Source of the DNA: Octopus bimaculoides
Taxonomy: Eukaryota
Direction of reading: 5' to 3'
DNA: 64,000 nucleotides
Assembly: GCF_001194135.2 (NCBI RefSeq)
Contig: NC_068982.1
Coordinates: forward strand, 115,282,989 to 115,346,988
Positions 49,901-62,736 of this stretch are shown here, piece after piece; the first letter of the stretch is position 1, and every line of letters starts with the position of its first letter. The translations under genes were made by a program, and so were the position numbers. Below the pieces are notes generated by a model. It was not told the origin of the DNA. It saw nothing but the letters and a program-made list of their open reading frames with translations, and ran no database searches.

Positions 49901-52900
49901 TATTTGACACTGTATGGTGCTCTTAAAATACAGTGGAATTTATTATAAATTAATTGCACAAATAAATTTTTAATAAATAAACTTCATCACTTTGCAGCAG
50001 GGACAGAGAGGAAATAGAACTACCGTAGTAAAATTAACTGAAACTATCAGTAGCCTAGTGATGGCCTCTGTTAACTTCAATTATACTGAACCAGTGTTGT
50101 ACATTAGTTGAGAGCTCTTTTTTGCAAAATAAAACAAAACATTGGGAGGACTTTTTTTTTTTTTTTGTTACTCTTGGGAATCTCCCTCTCTCAGATCTAT
50201 CAACATACAACTTTCTTTTTGTCCTTAAAAACTGAAAGGTGTTACTAATGTTATTAGAAATACGTTACTTAAATATTTTGCTCAATATTTAAGATATCAA
50301 AGCGAATGCAAGGATAACTTACACAAACACTCATTAATATCCAATCTATATTAATATCTAACAAATTATAATTTGGCATGTGTATCCTACAAATAAACAC
50401 TGGAGAAGAGAGAAAAGCTACTAATAATATTCTAAAAGAAAATTTTAAAAATTGAACCCACAGCCAGAATAATAGCAAATAATTTAAAATTACATTGAAA
50501 ATATAAGTAGTAAGGATGTGTATGTATGTATATATATATATATTTGCATGTATATAAATAAAAAGTAAATAATAAATAAAATGGTAGAATGAGTCATTTT
50601 CAGTTGAAAATCAAAAATTCCATGTGCTTCAAATCTGAACAAAATTTTGGTGAAATAAATTAGGCGATTCCCAATGTGAGTCAATAAAATGCAATAAAGT
50701 TTTTCATGTGACAGTTGTATCAAGGTACAGGTTTTGAATGCAAGTGCATATTATTATTGTATGATTGAGAATGACAGGCGGTGACTGTAAAAGTCAAACT
50801 ACACTATATTACATCACCCAACTATTGGAACACTTAAGTTTGCATGAAACTATTTAAGGTAAATATAATCCTCCAGTTTCAAATAATGTTCATGATAGAA
50901 TGAAAAATATCCTGTGAAACAACATAAGGATATTTGATTTTAATGGAGATTGATTATATACAAAAGTTGTACAATTAAACTAAACCCGAGGTTCCATTAA
51001 TTTATGAAAGTTTAATACTTATTTATTGAGATTAATAATGGGAAGTGAAGGAAACTTAAGGAAATACAGCCTTATCTTTTTAATGTATGGGTATTAACAA
51101 CTGTCACATGGTCAACTAAAGAGAATCCACATAAATGAATGTAAGTAAAACTCTGAATAAGGAATTCAGGCTTTTATTTCTGAGTTTGATACAAAAATAG
51201 TCATGCTGAGAATAACTAAAGCTGATATCAGTGGATGCCAAAATAACCAATGTGTGGAAAGAAGAGAAAGAAAATTACTCATTCTTTATACAGGGGTGGA
51301 CTTTAAAGTGAGACAAACTTAATGAAATTATATTGTCTAAAATCGATTTAAGTAATTCCAAATCATTTAAAAATAATATTTAAACATTTTCTCTCTTCCA
51401 CCATTGATTTTTTTTTTAAAATTTAAATTAAATGCTTTTGAATATTTACAATATTCTAATAAATTCTAGCAAGGGTTTTTTAAATATACTAATTTTTAAC
51501 TTTTAAAAATATTCCTATCACAGAAAGATCATTGTCCCATGATAATAGCTAAGCAAAATTTCACAGGTCAACTAATTTTTAAAAAAATCCAAATAAATAA
51601 CTTTGCTATACACAATAACATCACAAGTTTATCAAGCATGTTTTTAATATCCCCCTTTCCATCTCATTTCTCAAAAAGTTTTATGTCATGCGACAACTAG
51701 CTCCATTTTTGTTTAAATAAATCTACGAAATTTTCTTGAAAACAATATTTAAACTGTTCGATGTCAACTAAGTATACACAGCCAGATTCAGATAAAGGCT
51801 GTCATTGTCGACATGAAGGAATACAAAATCTAAGTTATAAAAATATTTAGAATACTTGGTACTCACCATGTAGCGAGACACTAATGTCATTGCAAACAGG
51901 GAATAGTTTACATTGTCTGAAACAGGGCACTCAATTCCAGAAACATAATTCATGCATGTTAAACAAATATATACTGAATTCGAATACAATATGGTGTATA
52001 ATGCCCACCAATTACTTAAGCATGAGATACACTAGTGTTTGTTGTAAATATCCAATGATATGGCTTACACAAATGCAATTAAAGCCAAAACAGCACATGA
52101 GAGGAGTGATAAGATTGCAACCCTGCATCATGCAAAATAATTGGTATAAACAATAAAAAAACAAAACAAAACAAAACAAAAAAAAAACAGTAAATACTAG
52201 CTTAATTATCAAAAATATTTAAATTATAAAGAATATCCAGTTTTATTCTAGATATTTGCACCATGTATATTAAACAGAGCCTACAACATAAACCTCCAAT
52301 GCTAAAACTAGGGAGATGAAATCATATTCATGTTTTGGGAAAAAAAAAAAAAAAAATTACTGTTACTACAGATAAATTGGAAAAAGGATATTTAGATTAA
52401 CTAGAGCAATATACAGTTGACAAAAACAGCATATAATAAAATAATTTAATATTAAAAAAATTTTTAAATGCATATCAAATGTCTGCAATAATCCATCTAA
52501 TTGATAGTATCTAGACATTCAAGTAAATTACATTTATATTATTCAAACCACACATGAAATGCGTACTACAGAATTACAATTTACCCTTAAAATTTTTTAA
52601 GCAATCACCTATATATTTAAAAAATATTTTAATGTTAAACAATCTATATAGCAAATAAATATATGTAGACAATAAAATATATCAAAGTTAGAGAAACCTT
52701 AGAAACATACCAAGATATTTGTGGTTGTGGTTATAGCATCAAGGTTCCAATGGGTTCTTTTAATCCAAGCTAAGCATGGCTCCACTAGATAGTGAACAGC
52801 AGCCCAAACCCACTGGTTGATGTGCTCTAGATACACCAGCAAAAGGGACCAAGGCATCTTCTACTGTTTAGTAGGAGTGGGACCATTAAAAACAATTATT

Positions 52901-55900
52901 ACAATGGCTTTTTACATTAACCACTAAACAATTGAGAGGAATACATGTCACATGTGCAACATTTATATTATTCAATTTTCAAAACGTTTTACTAAAATAA
53001 TCACCTAACAAAACAAAAACAACATAGCTGTAAGAATGATAGATATATTGTAATCTCAAACCATGATTGACAGGGGTATAAAAATCAGACATTTTCTAGT
53101 GAAATAAGAAATAACATCAAAAACAAACCAGACAGTAGCAATACAAACATCCTAATCACTTAAACTCTGCAGATGAATGAATAAATAAGTCAAATAGTTC
53201 AGCAACCAATATCAAACATTGCATATTCAAGTAAAAATAAATATAATAATGCAAGTCTAAAGAGAAAGTGATCAATATTAAAACATCCAAATAATTGAAA
53301 ATTAGCATGAAATAAAAAGTGGAAAGTTGTAAAGGAAGAGCTAAGCTAATAGCAGTTGCATATATCTTAAACTGTTTAAATGAGGGGGTAAGAAAAAAAA
53401 AAAAAAAAAAAAGTGGGCAGAAAACAATTCCTTCCACTTCTATTCCAATACTTTTTAAATTTTTGGATTAGCATAATCATGATAGAACAAATAAGATCGG
53501 AATAACTCAAAGAGCAGTAATATTTCAGTAGGTAGTAATAATTCAAGTTCCAATCTAAAAAATGCTCACCTAATAATAACATCTAATTTCATATAGACTC
53601 AAAAGTCAATGTGCACCGCATTGATTTTTTTTCTTTTTCTAAAAGTAATTTGGGTCAAAATGAAGTCAATAAATGAACAACGTAAGACATTTTGACATGC
53701 AAGAGAAAGAATATACAGCATATAACACACCTTGGTTTTGCTGATAATTATTCATGAATTATGGAATACTATTCCAATTCACAAAGACTCAATTGATTTT
53801 AAAATTCATCAGATCCTAGCAAAAACAGAACTTATCAGATCTTCAAATCAAATATTTTTTTTTGCTTGACTAAGTTTAAAAAAAGAAAAAAAGAAAAAGA
53901 AAAAAAAAGAAAAAGAACCAATAATTTTATAAAACATGTTCATATACACACACACATTATGTTCATACACACACACACAAAATAAAATAAACAAAAATAA
54001 AAATTAAACAGTTAATAGAGACCAGGAAATAAATATATATTGCACATACTTAAATATATAAAATAGATATACATTCAAAACAGTTCTTTTAGTGATTCAT
54101 ATAGTTACAGTTACTGTAATCTTAAATAAGTCAGATACTTAGTTTGTCACTTTTTTTGCAAGAAAAAAGTAATTAACAATGCAGTCGGTAATTGCTTTAC
54201 CACACAATACTGTATATACATGCAATTAAACAAACCTGTAATAGTTACCAAGAACACAAAGCCACCTCTAACTGCACCACACCTGACTAAATAAAGGAGC
54301 CATCAAACCATATCTCAAAATCAGGCTAATGTAACCTAACGTATATACACAATACTATCCAAATTAATAATTATTGCTAGCATAGGCATAAGGCCTGCAT
54401 TGAGGGGGGAGAGGGAGGTGACTATATTCATCTCAACAGTTCACGGGTACTTTATCAATCCCAAAAGGATAAAAGGCAAAATTAACTGGCAGTATTTGAG
54501 CTCAGAATTTAAGGAGTTGAAAGAAATACTAGATGATATTTTGTCCAACGTTGTAACTATTTAACAAATCCACTGCCCTAATAAGCCTTTTTTTCCCAAA
54601 TTCTTGATGCCATGTACAGCTCTTTTGCTAATTATTTTTTAGTAGCCAATAACTATATTACAATTTAAGCACACACAAATGCATAATTAAATAATCTTCC
54701 TTCTTAACATAAGTCACCTAAGTGACAACTGTTTTCATCTATGAAACATGTAAGGCAGGTGTAAGTTTTTTCTCATGTGCAAATCCAAACTAAAAATGAC
54801 AAAACAATATATTTTACTAAACTATATTGGGAGAGATTAATCAACGTTAAAGAACCTTCAAAGGTCTACAAACAGCAGGATAACAAAAAATACAGCAAGC
54901 GTTAAGCTACAAAAACTCTTACACTAAGTTCTAGTAGAATTTCAAGATACTGTCATCCTATTCATAAAAATTTAGCTGTCAACGAGTGTGAAGAAGATAT
55001 ATATTTTAGAATCATATGTAGATAAATGGGAAAAGAGAGAGAAAGCACAGTCCTTAAATACACTTGCTGAAAGAAACTTTTTAATACTGTCTGATTTAGT
55101 ATAGTATTATTGCACATACGAGCTCAGTCATCAAATTGTGTAGAGCCTTAATATCTTGAATAATAGAAATTGAGAAGTAAGTGAATAGAAAATACGTTCA
55201 AAATTGATCAACAAACAAGCAATTAACTGTTTTTGATAACTCAAATAATTTTATGCTTAACTTCATATCATACCAAAAAACGTAACTTGTAATAAATTTT
55301 GAGGAAGTACTTTTAGCGCATACAAATAAAAGACTAAATTGTCAATATTTCAATATACATGTAATTAAAATGGCATATGAAAACACTGAAATAAGATTTT
55401 TGGCAAAGAATACTTTTCAATAGTACAAAGGTTGTTTTTTCTTTTAAAATATAAAGTTCTAACCAAAATATTAAAATGTTTAGTGTGATACTTTTGAATA
55501 CTATAACTTTCTGTGTAATATACTCACCCCACAGACAACGATGATTAACAATTTGTAGAAATTATACTGGAAAACTAATAACTGTTACAACATTAGAGTT
55601 GAGTCAAATGGATTAATGTTGCAACTGAAGATATCTGACGATACAAATAAAAGGAAAATGAGGCAAAGCTTAAAGTAACTGACACCAAAGAGATGACAAA
55701 TCTAAAAGTTAAAGCATTTCTGTAACTCATTTAAGTGATAAAAGTTTGACAAGCATAACCATCAATTATATATGGTTTCTGTCACACTGCCATTTATGTA
55801 ACTGAATTATGACAACAGTATGAAATACAGTTAAATGGAGCATAAAAAGAGATTAAAACAGGTATGAAAATAAAAATGTCAAGCCATATATATATACATT

Positions 55901-57249
55901 ATACATATGTTTTATATATATGCAATATATATGTAGAGAGAGGTAGAGAGAAAACTTAAAAGCATATGGTACAATATAAAAAAAAAACTGTTATGACAAA
56001 TGGTACTTTACATTAATATGCACAATATACATGGAATTAAAACAGCACTTTCAAAAATGAAATATCTCAAAAACATAATGAAAAGGTTTACGTAACTAAC
56101 TAATAATAGAAACAGAAACATCCAGAACTTATATTCGTTAAAGGAGAAAAGAATAAAAATTTTGTAGCAGACAGCCACCTTCAAAATAAATGAATAAATA
56201 AAGAGAAAAAAATGCAAGTCACATGATTCACACACACCCTTTAAGTGAAAAACAACTGTTCGCTATATCCCTGGTAACAAATGAATTGTGATATTATGAG
56301 TATGGCAATTAGTTCTGAATGAAGTTGACGTAAAGGGGTTAGACCTCGCTATCATATCTACAAGCTTTCTCTTACATACACATACGCACATTATTTCACA
56401 TGACCGACAATGATGTTGTAGAAACCCCATCTTGGAATTAGAAAAATATATAAACTATCAAGATGCATTTGATTTCAATTAAAACATGTGCTAGAAATTA
56501 CATGTTCTATGTTACAAAGACTGTACTTCATAGAAGACATAAATACGATGGTTCATTAAGATTCAAACATCTAAACATTATGCTGTAAAATGTGCTACCT
56601 GAAAATAACTTACCTGACATGAGGGCAGGTTAACAGGAACTTAACACAAACACAAGTCAATACATGAAGAAACTTTATTGCAAATCATATTTCCCCAATG
56701 ATCTTACCTTCAATCAGCTGCTATCCTTTCAACATTGGCTGAAAAGCAGCACTGTATATGTTGCTAATCACACAAGGCCATGTTGTATGAAAAAATTCAA
56801 GATCTCTGATGAATATTTTACATGTACAAAAATGAAACTTATTCACAATGGTCACTGATTAATGACACTAACAAACTATGTTAAAAATACTCATGGCTCT
56901 TAAATTACTAGATCCACAAGTTACAATGTTATACTGATGCCTCTCTGCTAACAGATGTGGAAGGGCAGGAGAGCAAGAACATATAATGATTAGGAAGATT
57001 CCACTTTCATGAAACAGCATGACTGAAGTTGGACAACACTCACGGAAGCTGCAAAATGATGGTACTCTATTATAAGTATGCTCCAATTGTGAACATAGTT
57101 TAGAATGTGCTGCAATTCCCTCCCAAACTGTTTGAGTATCTAAAGTGAAATGAAATTGCACCTCAGCACATGGAATGTTCAAACAAATCTATAGGAAATC
57201 CAGTCCAATTTGAAACCTATAACGATAATACATGCACATACACACAGTT

Positions 57250-57250
57250 T

Positions 57251-57292
<42 letters not shown>

Positions 57293-57307
57293 TATACATA
57301 TATATAT
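57250..57307. repeat. (TA)n microsatellite
   Basis: Visible dinucleotide run with a few interruptions. Confidence 0.9.
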
Positions 57308-59021
57308 AAAACTCAGACAATACACCAATCAAAAGTATGTACATGAGTGTATACATGTACACACACACACACATACATGCAAACACACCCTGTTATTCAA
57401 CATAGGACCACTAAAGCATGTCATAGAATCGTGGAAGTAGCAATACAACTTTAGGCTGCTTCATCAAGAAATCCAGTAGAGTCGATACATTTTTTTCCTT
57501 CAGGGATCCTGTGTGAAATAAACAAAAGCAAACTATTTTTGCATGGTTCAAATACGGTTCTAGTCATTTAAGAAAACTTAGAAAGATTGTTGTAAATTAA
57601 AAATGTAAATGTAAAATGGCGAGTGGACATATAGTATAGGAAAGAAACGTCTGATATTCATAGCCATTTGATGCACAGCAGATAAGTAACCTGGAATCCA
57701 AAAGTCAGAAGGTAACTTTAAAAAAAGATTATCCCCACCCACCTTTAATTTTGGATAAGTCATTACTTTAACAAAATATGAAAAATCCATCAAAATGGAA
57801 GTTGAGTGATTCAAGAGCATATATATATCCAGGTACCACATAAGTGAAATAAATGTTTAATTTAAGTAATTATGTAAAATACTCACCATTAATACTTACT
57901 ATTCCTTGGAATCAATGATGAATTAGAATGCACCATCCATGTAATTACTTAGTTTAGTTTAAGAGTAATAAACTGTACATACAACCATACCCCTTCACCC
58001 CTCAATATACCAGAAAGAAATAAGTATTACAGTACAGACTGAAAATTACAGGTTCAAGACAATCAGTCAACAGGAAGATCACCAGTTATAATGAATTTTT
58101 CTCTGGTTTATTTTTTCAATCAAAACCAAGTTATAAACAGAAACACAAACAAGTGTGTAGGTTGCAATGCTAACTTGACAAGTACATAAACTTTGGTTAG
58201 TTCACATTTACTTAAAAGATTTTTGGCATGTATGATTACACATTTGTTATTTGTACTAAGATAAATACAAGGAAACTAGACACCCTTACAAAAATGTGCT
58301 AAATTTCTTTTTAATATTAATGTAGTTCTTAGTAAATTAAATACTTTAAACTTTAATTTGGTTTTATAAATCAAATGATATGTCTTCATAAATCCTAAGC
58401 AATATCTTTTAAGTTGCAATATGTTAGGCAAAGAAGACTATTCAATGAGTAATGGAGTGAGAATTACAAATATCTTAACACAATATATATTTGTTGAGCA
58501 ATATTACACACAAAAACGTTTTTCTACAATTTAGGATTAAACTTAACATTGCATTAACTTACACTATGTTAACTACTATAAATTTTTAAATGAAAATGAC
58601 ATAGACTGGATACAATCCAACAGGTTTAATAATACAAAAATGCTGAAACTATAAATAATGAACTACAATTACTTTTATTTGTTTTTTAGCCACCACGAGT
58701 AGAGCAGTATAAAGTGTATTCTAACATTAAATGGTTTCATTATCCTACAAACTCTGATATAATTATCATAATATAAGTATTTTGATGCCAACTCTGTGCA
58801 GAGAGGTCAGGTGTTTAGTTTATTTTCGAAGAAAAATGCAATTAGCAAAATTCATTGATGTTACTCTATTATACAATACTATATGTGTAATTAATAAAGT
58901 CTGTAGCAATATTCACCAGCATATTACATCACTAAATTCTTCCAAATTCTTGGTTAGTCTCAAAATTAATTGAAAAGGTGCCTCTTATTGAAACTATGAA
59001 AAATACAAATGTTAATCAATT

Positions 59022-59058
<37 letters not shown>
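59022..59058. repeat. (TG)n microsatellite
   Basis: Visible dinucleotide run. Confidence 0.9.
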
Positions 59059-59061
<3 letters not shown>

Positions 59062-59251
59062 ATATATGTAAGGTAAAATTGTACAATATAAAAAAAAATT
59101 TAGGGACTAATTGGGATGGTGCATTCTTCTCCATTGGATCTGGAAGCTAGGAAAAGGGAGACATAGAAAGAGAATGGAAAGATGAGAGGAAAAACAGTTG
59201 ACATTTACCTAGTTGCTGCCATAGGTTAAAATGAAATGAATCAGAACATCA

Positions 59252-59418
59252 TCACTGGGGTTGAGGTTGTTGATTGGCCTGACCTTGGCTTCCCACTTGA
59301 CCTTGTTGTTGTGCTGCTTGTTGTAATATCATATTTGCATGATAGTGCATCCCTTGTTGACGATAGTATTCTGCCCAAGCAGCACTGTAATCAGGTTGGC
59401 CAGTTTGGGGGTTGATAG
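59252..59418 (-). CDS. FUBP1: FUBP-family last coding exon
   Basis: Acceptor CTTTTTTTCCTTAG; (A)INPQTGQPDYSAAWAEYYRQQGMHYHANMILQQAAQQQGQVGSQGQANQQPQPQ*. Confidence 0.95.
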
Positions 59419-62400
59419 CTAAGGAAAAAAAGCCACTCAATTCAAAAAACAGTGCAGAAAAATTCTGAATCCACAATGTGATCATTTAAATAACAAATTA
59501 ATACTATATGGAAAAAATTTTTGGAAGAGTAATTTTATATAATTATTTTATAGAAAAAAATTTACTTAATAATAATAATAATAATAAAACTATCACCTTT
59601 ACACAAAACAGGTAAAAATTATTTTACAGTAAATTTATAAAAATATTAAAACATCTCAAGCAAATCTGCCATAAATTGATTTAAATGATATGATTTCTGC
59701 TTCACAGAATTAATTGTTCCTGGGATATTTGTATTTAAAAAGATCATAGACTTTTTAGAAATTACATATGAACTTCATATATAGTAACAGTAACTAAATT
59801 TGAAAGACTTCCAAGTGCAGGAAATAATAATAGTGCAAGAAATGGAATTAGAGGCTGCAATTTCTCAATGTAAACTCAGCATACAACTACAATGAAACAA
59901 TGATTTCCATGAAGAGAATGCGGTGAAAATTTTACAAATATTTTTCTTCCAAAATTTTCATAAACCAAAAACTGCCAGTCATCCTTATGCTTCAAAACAC
60001 ATTTACTTGCTTTTTCTAGTTTAAGTGTTCATATAGTCCATGCTGGTTGACAAAAAGCATGGCACTTCACATTTACTGTGTCCTGATGAAATAGTCATGA
60101 TATACAAGATTAATATGTTATTTATTGCTGTACCACCTTGATCAGTATTTATACTCATGTAATGTTTAACCCCAAAGACATTATGATAAGCTAATTTTAA
60201 TGTGTGTTTTAAGCAAAATGCACGAGTGGCTCAATGTCCAGAGTCTTATCACTATCAACACTTTCAAGGAAAAATAATAAAAAAGGAAACATGAATGCAG
60301 CAGCAGTTCAAGCTGTCGTCATCACCTTGTCTACCTTACAACCGCATGGCAAAATAGGTGATGTAGCTGTAACAGTAAATCTCTAACAGAAGACTGAAGT
60401 TGGCAGAGAGGAATGTGGACTATTTTGGAATGGGGGAGAAAAAATAATTACTAAGCATATGTGTGAGTGAGCCTTCACTTTGCACTGCAGTATATGACAG
60501 CTTAAACAATGCATGAGAACCCAAAGAAACATCAAAACTGGTTCCACTGTGAGAATGCATCCCTCTTGTCTCACTCTAACAACAATGCAGTAAAGCCCCC
60601 AACACTTGTTCAAACTGTGCTAAAACTGAGAAATCAAGAGATTGTAATCATACATTTTACAAGATCAAGTAGGAATGATGGGAAAACAAAGCCAACAGGT
60701 TGCAAATGTCAGACAGATGTTATACATGGACCTCCAATGAATCAACAATGTTTTGGGAAAAGGAGAAATACTTGAGTACTTTGCATAGTATTTCCATCGA
60801 AATGCTCAATGCACCAAAGAATGTCAACAGGGAAATTCTGGAAAAATATAACACATTAAGACGATCCAAGTACAGAAGAGGTGTTAGTCTTAGTAAAGAA
60901 CCAGGAATAAATGAGATCCCAGCAGAAGCATGGGAAAATGGAGGAGCTTACCAGTTTCTTGATTCTAGCATCAGTTGGTGAAAATATTCCACAGAACTGG
61001 AGGGATTTTACCATTGCCTCCACAATTATGAAAGCTGACGGGAATCACTACAGAAACTTAAGGAACTTCTTTACTTGCTCTTGCAGGACTGTTGCTCAAC
61101 AGTCTGAGAGAGAAAAAAATCATGAAAGTTCTGAAACTCAATGTGAGTCTAAAAGAGGAAGAAACACCATGAATATGGTATTTGGTCCATGACAAATGTG
61201 AAATAATGCAAGACACTTTATGTGATCTCCCTGTTATTTCACAAAGACATTCAAAATAGTAATTCAGTTGGGCTTAAAGCTTCAGAAAGTTCACTCGAAC
61301 AACTAAGTACCTACACACTGGTATGAAAGCTTGGGTTATGCTACCACCAACATTAATCTTATCTTATCCATCCACATACAGAGTAGACCTCATACTCACA
61401 TCCTTATGATGTTGCACTTTGAAGCTAAGACTAAGAACATATGTTAGTGAGAGATATGTTTTAGAAGAACGCTCTAATCTTCATTGTATGGAGAGCCTGG
61501 AGAATGTTGCTGGTAGTACAGCCACAAAATTCCACTTTACTATTAACATCCAGAAGTCCAACACAATCAACCAAGCCTTAATGCCAACAAAGTTACATAA
61601 TCAGATCCCATCATCATCATTGAGCAGCAGAAGCCAGTAGAAGGTTAACCACTTTACCAATTTAGCAAGTACACAATGTGACATCAAAGGATGAACAGCT
61701 TCATATTGGTTGAGAGTTGACAAATGAACAAGCAAAAGTTCAGAGAAATATACAGATTAGAGGAAAGTTGCAAAGACATTTTCCCCGCCCACACATGAAT
61801 ATTAAATGCAAATTCCAAGCTTCCAAAACCAAGTTTATGCTGTAAATATAAACCAATCTAAATTTTTAATTTTGCTGTTTGAAGGTCAATAGAAACATAT
61901 ATTTCAAATCTATTACATGTTCAAAAATGAACCTCAATATTCAGATTGTGAATACAAACACTCTAAAACATTAAAATATTTCCAATTATCACTCACCAGG
62001 TTGCTGCTGTTGTTGGGGTTGCTGTGCAGCCTGCTGCTGCGTCTGCTGGGGTGCAACTTGTTGCTGAGGCTGTTGCTGTTGGGGTTGTTGTTGTTGGGGC
62101 TGCTGTTGAGGTGGCTGCTGTAACTGGGGTTGTTGGGGTGCTCCTGGGCCAGTTGGTTGGCCTGGCTGTTGAGGGGCTCCTTGGCCTCCTTGCTGGGCCT
62201 GGTACTGACCATATTGACCATACTGTGCATAATACTGAGCATAATAAGCAGCCCATGCGGCTGCATTAGCATCTTGAGCCTGTTTATCTGGAAAAGATAC
62301 TATATATTGAATGTAAGGTAAGAAGCTTGAATATAAAATCAACTTGAGAATCAGAAGTTATCTAAAAATACAGACTTGCAATGGGAACAATTTAAAATTC

Positions 62401-62705
62401 TTATGTAAATCCACAGAGTTTTAGTTTACAAACTATTCTAATTGAGGCACTTCCACTCACTTGTAATCCCTTTCTCATATAACATACTTTTGTCCATTCC
62501 TAAATAACCATTGACTTGACATTTCAAGAACAATAACCATACTGACCTCACTGGTCCCTGAGGGTATGTGAAGGTCACAGGCACAACCCTGCCTCCCAGG
62601 TTAATACAAATATAGTACAACTAGTTTAAAAGACATCCAATAGAGCAGCTTTTAATCCAGTCATACCCCAATGATGAACATATTTCTAACCCAAAAATCA
62701 TTACC

Positions 62706-62736
<31 letters not shown>

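Noticed and set aside
60700-61192. Two 93-aa plus-strand ORFs as a nested gene
   Set aside because: They are frameshifted pieces of an RTE reverse transcriptase.
61917-62321. Antisense and alternative-frame ORFs over the Gln-rich exon
   Set aside because: Shadow ORFs of CAG/CAA repeats. Only one frame fits the splice phases and the FUBP motifs.
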